In this document: positions 26,042 through 40,015 of the stretch, one piece after another | How positions within the stretch are numbered: position 1 is the first letter of the stretch | Layout: every line of letters starts with the position of its first letter | From: Piromyces finnis finn | Taxonomy: Eukaryota > Fungi > Neocallimastigomycota | Reading direction: 5' to 3' | Assembly (NCBI GenBank): GCA_002104945.1 | Contig: MCFH01000002.1 | Coordinates: 1,302,001 to 1,366,000, forward strand | DNA: 64,000 bases | Notes under the pieces: model-generated | Told to the model about the DNA's origin: nothing | The model's input: the letters and a program-made list of their open reading frames with translations, nothing else | The model's database searches: none | Made by a program: the position numbers and the translations under genes

Positions 26042-26999
26042 AATAAATTCAAATTCTAATTTCAATCAAATATATTTAACAAAAAATATTATTAAAACCT
26101 AAAACAAAAAAATGATGACGTAAAAAGCAAATAATCTCAAAAAATAGAATATTAGTAGTTTATGTATTTATTGAAATTTTGATTTTTAAATATGATAAAT
26201 TGTAATAATCATGTAATTATTTTATTTATTTTAAAGTATAGTTTTTGTTGTATAGTTTTCAACAAATATGTATACTCTATAATTTAATTTTTTTTTTTTT
26301 TAAAAAAAAAGGTAAAAAAAAAAAAAAAAAAAAATAGAAAATAATAATAATAAAACATTAAATTTTAATTACATTAATAGAAATTTAATAATAATAATAA
26401 AATATTGAAAAAAATTAAAAAAGAAAAAAAAAAAAGGTATAGTATTTTTATTCACTTCTTTTTATCCATTTTCTTTTTAATTTCTTTCAATATTTATATA
26501 ATTTTAATTTAATAGAAATAGACAAAATATAAAAAAAAAAAAAACGATAAAAACAAGATAAAAATAAATAATAAAAAAAAAAAAAATAAATAAAAAAAAA
26601 AAAAAACATCTAAGAAAAAAAACTTTTAAAATAAAATATAATTAATAAATAAACAAAACAAAGTAATAATAAAAAATTATAGTTTTCAAGCATTATAATA
26701 ATACTTTATATGATTCAATGTATACTTTTAAGGAATAATCCTAAACTTCTTGAGGATATAGTTATTGATATTTTAGTAAAAATATAATTTAAAGAAAATA
26801 ATATAATGAAAAGTCATTGAAATATTGAAAGAAAAAACATTAATTATTAATTGTAGTAATATTTAAAATATTCTTATGATACTTGAAAATTAATCTAAGC
26901 TATTGAAATTTAGATAATAAAAATAAAAAATTTAATATAATATAAGGTAATACAAACTGTATAATAATTGTATTTGACTTCTAAAGATTAAAATTTTAT

Positions 27000-28190
27000 C
27001 ATGGGACAAAATTATGATCTTCATTGGTTGCGCTGGCCCTTCTGGCCTGTCTTACTGTTTCTTCAGCATTGACGCTCTTGGATGTTGCTTCAAACCTTTT
27101 GAACATTGAGCATTGCTGGCCAATAGCAAAAGGCATGATTTTGGTTAGAAGTTCCGCGGTTACCGTCAAGAATGGTGTTCCTTCATTAGTACCAGATTGA
27201 ATCTGACACTTACAAAGTTCTTTCTATTCCCTTGAATTATTATTGATATTATTAAAACTTCTTCCTCCCAAGAAGGAATTTAAATATTTTACTGCAAACA
27301 CTAGAATAATCATACACATTAATATTCACTGGATTATTAGAATTATTACTATTATTAACCAAATCACTATCTAAATTAGAATTGTTATCTTCACTATTAC
27401 TATCATTACTAATATTATTACTTCTACTTCTACTATTATTATTATTACTATTGTTACTATTATTATTAATATTATTATTATTATTATTGCTATCTCTACT
27501 GATATTACCATTTTCATTATTATTGATAGGACTGTTGGAATTACGTTGACTGAAAAAATTTAATAGCTGGACTATGGAATCATAATGTTTAATACGGATA
27601 TCTCTAAATGCTGGACAATCTAATAACCAATGTTTAATACTTTGAACACCACACTTGCAACATGGACAGTAGTTAGGACAAATTGGATCAACAAATTTAG
27701 CAGCTTTTGCAATTCTAGCATCCAACTTGTATCCGCTTCTCGTTTTCAATAGCCAGTAGAAGCCATAGGCAAACTCTGGGTACTCATAACATAATTTGAT
27801 AAAATCTTTAGTTTCGATATTAGAAACTAAAATTTTACGTTCGAGTGTGGAAAAAGGGTATTTGTGATTCCTCCTACTACGAGCTGAAAAGGAAATTGAG
27901 ATAACGTAAAGTTTCTTCTTTAAAATGAATAAGATTTTAATACAATCTTTCGTTGAACCATGAACCTTGACTAAGAAAAAGTGATCATTGAAAGTCTGAA
28001 AATATTTAACACTAATAATTGAATTAAATTTATCTTTCAGAATTATCTCGAGTTTTTTCCATAACATATTAACTGACTATGATCGAATACCACGGATAAA
28101 GAAGGAGCTAATATCATCTAAGGGGGTACCATAAGACCGGGTACCACGTCTGATATAATTCTTATCTTTAATATAAAGGACTGACATGAT
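27000..28190 (-). mobile_element. Non-LTR retrotransposon (LINE) ORF2 3' fragment, degraded
   Basis: The segment is richer in GC than its flanks. WLLKTRSG...CPNYCPCCKCGVQSIKHWLLDCPAFRDIR resembles the C-terminal CCHC knuckle of LINE ORF2. The reading continues past stops at ~27252. No RT motifs are visible. Confidence 0.65.
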
Positions 28191-29099
28191 AATTAATTCT
28201 AATTAAAAAATATTGAATATAAAATACTAATAAAAATTATAAATATAACGTATATGGAAAAAAAATCATTCTCTCTCTTCTTAAAAGTACTGGATAGTAC
28301 AAAAATTGTTACGATGCTTTGATTAAAGATTCTATTTTTGAATTCTTGTTGTAAATTTTCTTTAAAAATTCTAGTTTTGGTTTGTTGTTAGTAAATTCGA
28401 TTCGCTTTTTGACACTAAAATTATTTGACTTTACTTTTCATTAAATATTTAAATTGGTAAAAAAATTTGAATCAAGAATGTCGACACCAGAAAGCTTGTG
28501 AATAGTATTTTTACATGATGTAGAGTGAATCAGTCTCTTACAAGAAACAATACAACAATAGCTACATGAATATAAAAATACAATGCAAATGCTAAAGTTG
28601 ACTACATTAGATTCTTACAAGAGAAGAGTAGTACTACATGAATACATGAATAAAGGAAAAAATACAGCAACAAAATGTATTACTCCTCTAATTAAATGCT
28701 ATACAAACTTACCTGAATACCAAACATTCAACTTATCCATCAATACTTAAATTCGATGGATAAATGTTTTTTAATCGCTCAGTATCATGAGCTTAGTCCT
28801 TATAATTTTCCTTTAAAGACTAACCAAGCATCCATTGCGCAATACTTGGATTTTTTCTATAATATTATATAATTAATACTATTTCTTAATACTATAGATT
28901 AAATAATATTTAAATAAATTACTAAGAAAATTAAAATTGAAATAAAGTAATAGCATTTTCAATATTAACATATTAATTAAATTTTATATTTGAACTTTTT
29001 TTATTTTTATTATTATATTTTTTTAATAATTTATAATATTGTATATAATTTAAATTTTTTGATATTTAATAATGATGTACAAATAAATATTAAAATTTA

Positions 29100-29130
<31 letters not shown>

Positions 29131-29583
29131 AAATGATCAATCTATCTACTATATAACTATTTAATTTTTAGTATTATTCTAATGAAATAACTTTTTTTTT
29201 TTATCCTTTTGTTGTTGCTATATTTCTATTAGCAATTAAGATATAAAAAAAAAGTATAATAAATAAATATATATATAATTTCATTATTTATTTGAAATTA
29301 TTATACAATTTTTATATTCCAAATTCATTAAATATTATAAATATTTAATTTGGTTAATATTTATATATATAAATAAAACAATATTTTACAATATGTTATT
29401 TATAATACAAAAATTTTAAAAAAAAAAAATCATTATAAAAAGTGATTTTATATTTCTATAATTAAATAATCCTTTTTATAACTTTAATTTTTTTTTAACT
29501 ATTATTATTATTATTATAATTTATTTTGTATAAATTAATATATATGATAATAATAGATTTAAAATTTAGTACTATTAAAAATC

Positions 29584-31956
29584 TTATTCACAATTATCAG
29601 TAAGAATTTCACAAGTAGTATCATTCTCCTTTCCTAAAAGTACACCTCCCTTAATATCGACAACATCACAACCATTACAATATGGATAGCCGTTTGGTCC
29701 CATTTCTACTTCTTTTTCTTGACCTTTTTGTAAACCACATTCTACGGGATGGATTATACATATTTCATTATTTTCTTTACCAAGTATATTATCTTCATTT
29801 TCTTTGTAAATCTCACAATATTTACAATAGTTAGTTCTGAAATCTTCTTTTTCAAGATTTGGGTAATCAAATCTAACTAAATTATTATCATCGTAGTAAG
29901 CCTCTAATGCATATTTGTTAGTGGATGACCAAGTTCTACGTTTTGGACGTGGGGTAATTAATTCAAGTGTTTCAACATTAATTCCAAAAGTATGACATAA
30001 ATAATCAAAACGTTTTTGAATAGTCCATTTTAAGGGAGAACTACGAGAACTACCACGTGGATTAATGATATACTTTTCACCAAAAATGACTTCATAATAA
30101 TTTTTATATTTCCATTCAAAATCAAGACCATACAAATTTATTCTTCCTCTTTGTTTCATTTCTAAGTTGGTGCCAGCAATTCCATCAACTCTTTTAATAA
30201 GTGGTGACTTCTTTACACTATTAGCATCGAGAGAGTCTAGCTTATCTTCTATATTATTATATATATTAATACTTTCTAATTTTCCCATTTTTGTTTCTGG
30301 AATGACTGAATCTTGAATTACTTCTTCACTAATTACTTTAAAAGAAAGTTTTTGCTTTAAATCTTTAATAAACATTAAATCTTCTATTACATATTCTTTA
30401 AGAATATCATGTAAATGATCAATTTTTTTATTTAAAAATGTTGGATTGTAATAATTTTTAACCATTTCTTGAACAATGCTTCTAAATCTGGTATCGTCCT
30501 TATGAATCAAAATATTAATTATTTTATGTCCTGGTTCCCAATCTTTAATTGACATATTTGGCCAGAATACATGATCATCATCTGGGAATTTTTCTTTTTT
30601 CTGTTTATCTAAAGTTTTATTGACGGCATTAACTCTATTAGAAATATACCATGTAAGATCAAAATCAAAGTAAATTGGTATCCATTTACCATCTGGTCTT
30701 AAATACCAATAAAAGTTATGACCATAAATAAGCATATGATCCCAGGATAAGACGATCCACTCAAAGGCAATATATTTTAATAAAACATCAACATCCATAA
30801 TTTCTTCTAATTCTTCAATTGTTTCTGATTCGTTGACTCTTTGGACGAATTCATCAAATGGATCAGTATAATCAGCGTAATCGTCATTAATGTTAGAACA
30901 TGTAACTGGATATTTTGAATTTTTGAAACTTTCAAAATTAAATCCAATAGTTTCACATTTATAACAATTTTTAGTATCTTTATCTTCAAAATAGTTATTA
31001 ATCCAATTCTTTTTTACAACATCTTGGAAGGTATATAAACCCATATATTGATCATTAATGTAAAGACGTGAGTAGGAAACTGAAGTTGCTATTAGTCCAA
31101 CAGATTTAACAAAATCAGCAGAAAGACGAGACACCATATGAGTTGGATCTCTGTCATCACCTCTTAATTTAAATTTTTTCATACCATATACTGTTTCATC
31201 ATTATTTAAAGTTTTAATATTATAACTGACTTTTTGGAAAGAACGAGAACTGGCACCTCCTAAACTTAATTCAACTTGAGAAAGATAAATAATTTCATTA
31301 TTAAATTCGATATGAGCATCTGCATTTCTTGTAGAAAATTTTTGAGCTTGTCTATAATCAACACATTGGGCAGTTTCAGTCATATTATTATAGTCTGATT
31401 CTGGCATGGTTATATATATATCAATGACAGTATCTTTAGTTTTTTCAAAAAATTCTTTAATTGAATTCTTTGAAACTTTTTTGTGTGTAGAATTTATTTT
31501 TGATTTATCTTCTTCATCGTCCTCTTCATCATTATTATCTTCAATTTTTTCATTTTCATTTTCGATACTATCAACAACTTCATTTTCTTCAGTATTTTTA
31601 TCATCTATTAGTTGATTTTCTTCTGAAAATGTTTCGTTATTATGGTTTAAATTTGATTCAATATTTACACTAACATTTTCGATTTGATTTCTTTCTTCAA
31701 CAGAAGTATCATTTAATAAGTTATTATCATTATCAATAATATTAATATTTTGTTTTTGATGTTCATCGTTAACAATTGTATTATTTTTATTTTTATCATT
31801 ATTTATATTTCCTATTTTTGTTATCATAATTCTATTATTTTTTTCTTGCTTATTTTCATGAAGCTTGCTTGTTGGTAATGAATAAACAAACGTTTTCTCT
31901 AAAACAATTATATAAATAATTGTTATAGAATAAATTATTATGGTACTTATTCTCAT
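29584..31956 (-). CDS. cotH: Secreted CotH-family kinase-like protein with two degenerate C-terminal fungal dockerin-like repeats; intronless
   Basis: Signal peptide, then GGASSR...KVSYNIK, KKFKLR, LYINDQYMGLY, WDHMLIYGHNFYWY and IPIYFDFD. C-terminal repeats YCKYCEIY...LGKENNEICII and GYPYCNGCDVV...LGKENDTTCEI. Confidence 0.88.
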   Translation of the reverse strand: MRISTIIIYSITIIYIIVLEKTFVYSLPTSKLHENKQEKNNRIMITKIGNINNDKNKNNTIVNDEHQKQNINIIDNDNNLLNDTSVEERNQIENVSVNIESNLNHNNETFSEENQLIDDKNTEENEVVDSIENENEKIEDNNDEEDDEEDKSKINSTHKKVSKNSIKEFFEKTKDTVIDIYITMPESDYNNMTETAQCVDYRQAQKFSTRNADAHIEFNNEIIYLSQVELSLGGASSRSFQKVSYNIKTLNNDETVYGMKKFKLRGDDRDPTHMVSRLSADFVKSVGLIATSVSYSRLYINDQYMGLYTFQDVVKKNWINNYFEDKDTKNCYKCETIGFNFESFKNSKYPVTCSNINDDYADYTDPFDEFVQRVNESETIEELEEIMDVDVLLKYIAFEWIVLSWDHMLIYGHNFYWYLRPDGKWIPIYFDFDLTWYISNRVNAVNKTLDKQKKEKFPDDDHVFWPNMSIKDWEPGHKIINILIHKDDTRFRSIVQEMVKNYYNPTFLNKKIDHLHDILKEYVIEDLMFIKDLKQKLSFKVISEEVIQDSVIPETKMGKLESINIYNNIEDKLDSLDANSVKKSPLIKRVDGIAGTNLEMKQRGRINLYGLDFEWKYKNYYEVIFGEKYIINPRGSSRSSPLKWTIQKRFDYLCHTFGINVETLELITPRPKRRTWSSTNKYALEAYYDDNNLVRFDYPNLEKEDFRTNYCKYCEIYKENEDNILGKENNEICIIHPVECGLQKGQEKEVEMGPNGYPYCNGCDVVDIKGGVLLGKENDTTCEILTDNCE

Positions 31957-33549
31957 TTTTATTTTATTTTATTATTTTATTCTACTTATGTGTGTTATTT
32001 TTATTTATTTTTCTTTTTTTTTTTTTTTCTTTGTAGTTCTTTTCTTTTATTTAATAATTTATATATTTGGAATATAGTTATTTCTTTTTTATTTTTATAT
32101 ATTGTTATGTTTTATATTATACAATTTGCTATATTATCTTTTAATTATTTTATTATATGTAATATATATTTATAATTATTTATTGATAATATTATTTACA
32201 AAAGTGAAAATAGTTAAAATATTAAACCTTCTGTTTGTTATATATATATTTACAATACTATAATATTTTAAAATTTCTTTTTATAACTGATATATATTTA
32301 TTTTTTTTTATTCTTTTTATTATTATAATAAAAGAAATATTACTTTATTTATATACAATTTTTATATTATAATAATAAAGAATATTAGTTATCATAGAAT
32401 GTTACGGTGGTCCTTTTTTTTTTTAATAGAAAAAAAATATTAATTTTTAATTATAATAGAAACATTTATTGTTTTATATTAAAAAAGAAAAACATTTTTT
32501 TAAAAAAAAAAAAAAAAGTAAAATTGACTATTATATATAATTGTATAATCAATTAGTATTTGTTTAATATAAATAATATATAATATATAAATATTTATAT
32601 ATATTTATATTAATTTGATATTATATATTATTTATATTTATATTTTTTTAAAGTTATTTATAATTTTTTTTTTCTTTTTGAATAAATAATAATTAAAATT
32701 TCTTTTCTAAATATTAGTTTAATGAATTAATTATATTATTTAATTTATTTTTATTAAAATTATTTGTTACCTCAAAATTATTATTAAAAAAAATGTTTAT
32801 TTTTTATTATATATTTTCATTGGCCGCAATTATTCATTGAAAAAAATATATTATTTTAAATAAAATTTTTCTACATTTAATTTTATTGGATAATTGAAAA
32901 ACTAAAAAATTATAAATAAATTAAATTTTAATTAAAAAAATTTACCTTTTCCATGTATGCCACATAAAAAGAAAATATTAATTTAAAACAAAAAAATTGT
33001 CATTATTATTATATTACAATATAATGTAATTATAATACAATATATAATTATTATATATAGTAATAATAATAAAATTAAATTAATCATTGATTTTTTTTTT
33101 TGATTTATTATTTCATTATATATATTAAAGAAAAAGTTGCCGTTTTATTTTTTTTATTTAAAAAAAATAGCACATAGATTTTTATTATTATTCATAATAT
33201 AGTTGAATAATACTACAATAAAAGATAATTTTCTATAATTTTCACAAATATATGTGAAATATAAAAAAGAAATTAAATATATATAAAAACATTCAAGTAT
33301 TTCTTTTCTCAAATATAACTATATTTATTTTTCGTATGGAATGTATGTTATTTAAAACAAATTTAAAAGCATTATTTAGGAATATTAAAATGAAGATAAA
33401 TTTTTAATTTTTATTTGATTAAAATGTTATTGGGTAATATAATTTATTTATCAATATCAATTGATTGATTATTATTATTTTTGTGTATATACATTTATAT
33501 ACATTTATACATTTATATTGTGTATTTAATAGAGATAATTAATAAAATT

Positions 33550-36500
33550 CTAAAGTTGTGTTAATGATAGTGGAAACGAATTTGTGTTATGCTTTAATTT
33601 ATATATATATATACTTCCATTTAAAAATGTTACATATATTAGATAATAGGATAAAAGCGGATCATAGGTTGAATAAAATGGTTTAACACATAAACCAGCA
33701 ATAGGATACAATGGTGATTTTTCTGGTAGATATTTTTCCATTACCTATTTAATATTATTATGAAAATTTTAACAATTATTTCATTTTATTAATTTTATTA
33801 ATTTATTATTACCATTTTATATTTTTGTTCTTCCTTTATTTTAATGATTCTTAATAATCCAAATACACCTTTTTGATTTGCTACAACTATTACTTCTATT
33901 TCTGGTATCCATTCAAGTATACTTATTCCTTGATAATGTATATTTTTAAATATTAGAATAATTATAATATTAATTTTAAAAATTATATATAATTTATGAA
34001 ATTAATATTAATCATTACTTGAATATCTATTCAACGATACACAATATTTTTCAAATGGATTTTGTAATACATCAATTACTTTTCCTGATTTATCTAATAA
34101 ATAGATATCAGTTACTACAGAAATTATATAATTATTATATGGTAGGGTTAAAATTAGTAAAAATGTATAATAAAATATAGGATTTGTTTATAATTATATT
34201 TTATAATTTCTTAATTTTACCTGATGATACTATTAAAAAGGTATTATTATTGACTTTTATGGTTAAATCTTTTATTTCAATTCAATTTAAAAAAAAGTAG
34301 ATGAAATGTTTAATAAATAAAATAAAATAAAATAAAATAAATAAAAAAAATAATACCTTTATCTTCTATATCAGAATGTTCAATATGAAGATTATCAGAA
34401 TCATCTGTTTCAAACGATAAGAAACTATCATCATTTTCACCAAAACTGTTATAGTCTTCTTCTTCAATTGGAAAATCATCAATTTCATCACTATCTTCTA
34501 TTTCATCTAATAAATGTTCTTCTTCGTCTATTTGTTGATCTTCATTGATTATCATTTCATCTCTATTATTATGAAGTTCATTTTCATTTGTGTCATATAT
34601 AAATAATTCATTTTCACCTTCAGATAAAGAACGTCTTTCATTATTAATATCATAATATATAGGTATAGGTCCAACTGACATTGAATCACTATGATATTCA
34701 GTTACTTCATGATCGTTAAAATCGAAATTTACATATATATTATTATTATTGTTATCATCATCAAGATTATCATCAGTATTATTAGCGGTGTTATTACCAG
34801 CATTCATAAAATCACCAACATTATCCTGTTCTTCTTCACTTTCTTCATCATCTCCAAAACTTTCTTCTTCATTATTTATTATGTTGATATGATTTACTTC
34901 TAATTCATTTTCTTCTATATTATTATTATTTTGGTCGTTTTCATTATCATTATCATGGAATAAATCTACTTCATTCGATAATCCATTAAAATCATTTTCA
35001 CCAGAGATATTGATATAATCTCTTTGAATATTAGAGTGTGTTGATTCATTATTAATTTCATGATAATCCGAATTATCAACTATTTCATTATTTCTAACTT
35101 CAATATTTTGATCAAGAGTTTCTTCTCCCTTTTTCTTTTTTTCTTTTGTATTTGGTGAAGAATTATCATTTTGATCTATATCGTCACTTTCTTTTATTTC
35201 ATTTTCATTTTCATTTTTGATTATTAAATTGCTTTTTGAACTTGAACCTTCTTCAATTTTTAATTTATTGTTTCCCATTAAATCATAACTTTGAATTATA
35301 TCAAAATTTGTAATATTTTCTTTATTAATATTTATTATTTTATCATTTTTCATTGTATTATAACTTCTTTTTTTATTAATTCTGTCATGTTTTATAGAAT
35401 TTTCATTATTTATTGATGAAGGATTTTCAAAAAAAAACTTAATTTTATTTTTTTCATCTTCTGAATCATTTGAAAGACAATTATCTTCTTCAGTAAAACT
35501 AATATCACTTCCACTGTTAATTAAATCAATATCTTCATCAACACTATTTTCATTCTCATCTTCAATTTCTTGATCCAATTCACTATTTCTTGTTAAATTT
35601 AAACTTACTGAATTTAAGAATATTTCTCCTCTATTAATCATTTCCCTTATATTTTCTATATTTCCTGGTATATTTGGAAAAAAACGTCTAATAGCCATAA
35701 ATCGATCAATAAATTCATCATGCGCATGAATTGATTTTACATATGAATTAACAACATCATTATTATATATGTATCCATGATTAATTTCAATGAAATTTCC
35801 TGTCCAATTCCTATTGGTAATAATATATAATATTATGAATTTATTATAAATTTATTTAATTAATTATGATTATTCAATAAAATATTTCAATAATTATTTT
35901 ATAATTTAAAATTTACCATTCATCTTTATGTATTAGTTTTGTATAAACCTTTTTACCTGTACTAACATTCCATATTCTTATTGTTGAATCTTTTAGTGTT
36001 TATAATTGATTATATATATATAAGATAAAATAATACTGTAAATAACTATAAAGATATTTAATAATAATAATAATAATAACAATAAATAAATAATTTTTTT
36101 TTTTACCTATAGAACTTGAAATAAGATATTTTCCATCTTTAGAAAATGAAATATAGGGTATATTATGCTTATGACCTTTAAAGTATATACATTCATCCCC
36201 TAATATATAATTTGGATAATTTTCAATTGGTTTACCTTTGTCATTATTATTTTTATAATTTTCTTCAAAGCTGATTTCTGAATCACTCATTTTTATTCCA
36301 GAAAAGTCAAGATTTGAAATTTCTGAATTTTTCTCTTTAACAAATTCTTCTATATTCTCATTAATTTTATTATTAGTTACTTCAGAGGAATTTTCATTTG
36401 AATGTTCATTTCTTGATTTTGAATTATTAGCTTTTAAGATTTTATACATTTTTATTAAAAAATTATTTGCACTAACAGCAATATATCCTTTTGGTCCATA

Positions 36501-37376
36501 TATTGCAATACCCCAAGTAGAAATGTCATTATCATTTCTTTATATATTATAATTAAAAATCAATAATTTTTGCAATTGTAGTATATAAAAAATATCAATA
36601 TTGTTATCATTTTATTATATATTTAACAAATTTTTAAAGTGTTTATAGTTAAATAATATTATTAAATTAGATATTTTTATAAAAATAATGATTCGTTTGT
36701 AATAGTTAAAATTTACATTAACTTTATTGGTTCTTGTTCTAGATTTGATATAAAAAATATTGCTATAAGACCATTATCAGACTAAGAAGAAATTGTATTA
36801 TTGTATAATTATAATTTACAATTAATATTTAAATATTGAAATTTAAATTTTTATTTTGTATTACAATTTAAATTTTAGATGTTTACCACTGAGACTAAAA
36901 TTTCTTCGTTATACAAATAACCCATTTTTATTGAATTAATTGAAATTTCCTTTTTAATTAAATTTTTAAATATATATATAAATTTAAATGATTAAGTTAT
37001 ATGATATACATGTAAAGAATGAGATAATATATTATCAAAATTTACTGAATTATTCCCAGTTTTCAATATTATGAAAGGGTCTTTGCTATATTCTTTTTCA
37101 TTATATATTTTATATACATAAATATTATTGTTTATGGCTAAAAATAAATATGGTTTTGTTTGACTACATGCTAGAAGATTTATTTTCTTTTTAAAAATTT
37201 AATAAAATTAATATTATTAAATTTATAATAAAAATTATACTTTTATTTATCATATTAAATTTTATTATTACCCATGGAATAATTGATATATATTCATCAA
37301 CTTTTGTGAATAAAGTTTCACCATCTACTAAAACTTCCATGGACAAATTATTATAATTTTTTTTATAATGTTCCAT
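33550..37376 (-). CDS. CRT10: CRT10-like (WD40-type beta-propeller) protein with a large acidic insertion, multi-exon
   Basis: Exon translations include NLLACSQTKPYLFLAINNNIYVY, STWGIAIY...IAVSANN, GHKHNIPYISF, WIPEIVIVVANQKG and PIAGLCVKP...LIYVTFLNGSIYIYKL. These follow the motif order I recall for the CRT10 family. Confidence 0.62.
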
Positions 37377-38227
37377 TTTGTTTATATTATATATTAGATT
37401 TAAATATTGTTATACAATGTTTTTTTATTTTTATTTTTATTACAAGATATGTTCATTCATTTTCATTATTGAGGCTAATTTTATTAACTACAGATATTAA
37501 ATAATTAGTAGTTAAATATAATTTAACAATTTAGCTTAAATTATATATAAATCCACGTGACTTTGATTATAATTAGAAATTATTAATATAATTGAAATGA
37601 TAAATACAATATAAAAATATATCTTAAATTATTTAGCTATAAATCAACTTTACATAATAAGATTTATATAATATAATTGTTGTTATAAGGTTGGTACAAA
37701 TATGAAATTAAAATAATTACCCCATAATACTGTCTAATTAATAAATTATAATAAAATTATTAATGTTTTTATATTTAAATACTTTTATGAATAAATAATT
37801 TTAATATCTAAATACTAAATTATCTTTATAAATACCAAAAATGAAATTTAATATTGATTTTTAAAAAGAAATAAATATGATAAATTAAAAAGTATATCAA
37901 AATTAGTTTTCAATTTTTATTAAAATAATATGATATAGCATAATAACATAAGAAAAATAATTAAAAAACGAATAAAAATAAAAACAATAATTATTTCTAT
38001 TTATCTAAAAAAGAAGAAAAGAATTGAAAGAAAAAAAAATAAATTATCAAGATTAAAATAGAATAATTTTTCAAAAGTAATAAAAAAAAATAGATTCAAA
38101 TAATTTATTATTTAAATCTTTGTTTTTATTCATTTTATCTTTATTTTTGATAAACCTTCTATTTAATTAGTATTCATAACAGTTCAACAAAATATATAAT
38201 TTAAGAAATAATAACTATTAAATAAAA

Positions 38228-40015
38228 ATGCCAAAAGATGATATACCTCCAATTGAGGAAATGTTTAATAGACCTCAATCTTCACATTCAAAAGATCGTG
38301 TAGCTTATTGTTTTAATCACGACGCAGGAAATTTTCATTATGGACAAGGACACCCAATGAAACCACCTAGATTGACTCTAACTCATAATTTAGTAATGAA
38401 TTATGGGTTATATAAACACATGGATGTTTTTCATACAAGAAGGGCTTTTGATGAAGAAATAGCGAATTTTCATTCCCAAGATTATATAGAATTTCTGAAG
38501 AGGTATATTAATAATACATAATTTGTAACATTATTGAAAATTAATAATAGACATAATTTAGGCGTATCTTGTAAATTAATAATTAAATAAATTTATTTTT
38601 ATATTATATAATTTTAACATTGATAATTCATATTATAAAGAGTCACTCCAAATAATGTAAATAATTTTACAAAATTCTTATCAAGATACAATTTGGGTAT
38701 TGATGATTGTCCAATTTTTGAAGGAATATATGATTTTTGTCGTCTTTCGTGTGGAGGTTCATTAGAAGCAGCAAGAAAATTAACTTCAGGACAAACGGAT
38801 TTAGCAATAAATTGGTCTGGAGGTTTACATCATGCAAGAAAATCAGAAGCATCTGGTTTTTGTTATACCAATGATATTGTATTAGCTGCACTTGAATTAT
38901 TAAGGTATACAAACTATAGAATTAAAACTTCATATTTTATAAAATAATTTAATTTAATAAGTTTTTAAATTAATTTTTATATATTTAAATATTATTTATA
39001 ATACATAAAAGATATTTTCCAAGAGTATTATATGTAGATATTGATGTTCATCATGGTGATGGTGTTCAAGTAAGTTGTAAACCAAGTTTAGGTTTAAAAA
39101 AAATAAAAATTAATAAATTAGATAATACATTATAATTGTATAATAATAATTTTTAAACCTTCTTTATAAAACAAATAGGAAGCATTCTATGCATCAAATA
39201 GAGTATTATCAGTTTCATTTCATAAATATGATGGTCATTTCTTCCCAGGTACAGGATCATTAGATGAAATTGGAACACATTTAGGAAAATATTATTCATT
39301 AAATGTACCATTATTAGATTATATTGACGACAATTCATATGCTTATATATTTAAGCACGTATTAAGTATGGTAATAGAGACTTTTAGACCCGGTGCAATT
39401 ATTATGCAATGTGGTACAGATAGTTTAGCCGGGGATAAACTTGGTACATTTAATATTAGTGTTCATGGTCATGGTGAATGTGTAAGATTCCTTAAAAGTT
39501 TTAATATTCCATTAATGACTGTAGGTGGAGGTGGATATACAATCAGAAATGTTTCTAGATGTTGGACATATGAAACAAGTATAATGGCAAATACCCCTAT
39601 TCCAGATGTATTACCGGAAAATGAATATATGGAATACTTTGGTCCAGATTATAGATTAAATCCACCAATTGTTGATAATCATTTAGAAAATGCAAATTCA
39701 AGAGCATATCTTGATCAATTAAGAATCCAAATTGCAGAGATTTTAAGATATATGGAGACAGCACCAAGTGTACAAATGCAAGAGTTACCACCAGATTTAC
39801 AAGGATTTATGGAAAATGGTGGTAATTGGAAAGTTGATGAAGAAGAAGATGATATTATAAATGATACATTAGATTATAAAAAGCGCGAATCACCTTTATA
39901 TTATAAAAGACGTGATAAAGAATTAACAGAAGTTCACATAAATGAACTCTATGATGATTCAAATGATCAAGATCATGATGGTAATACGGATGATGAATTA
40001 GAAATCGAAGTTTAA
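38228..40015 (+). CDS. HOS2: Class I histone deacetylase, Hos2-like (exons 38228-38502, 38641-38904, 39012-39069, 39179-40015)
   Basis: [82 protein letters not shown] favours Hos2 over Rpd3. Confidence 0.9.
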
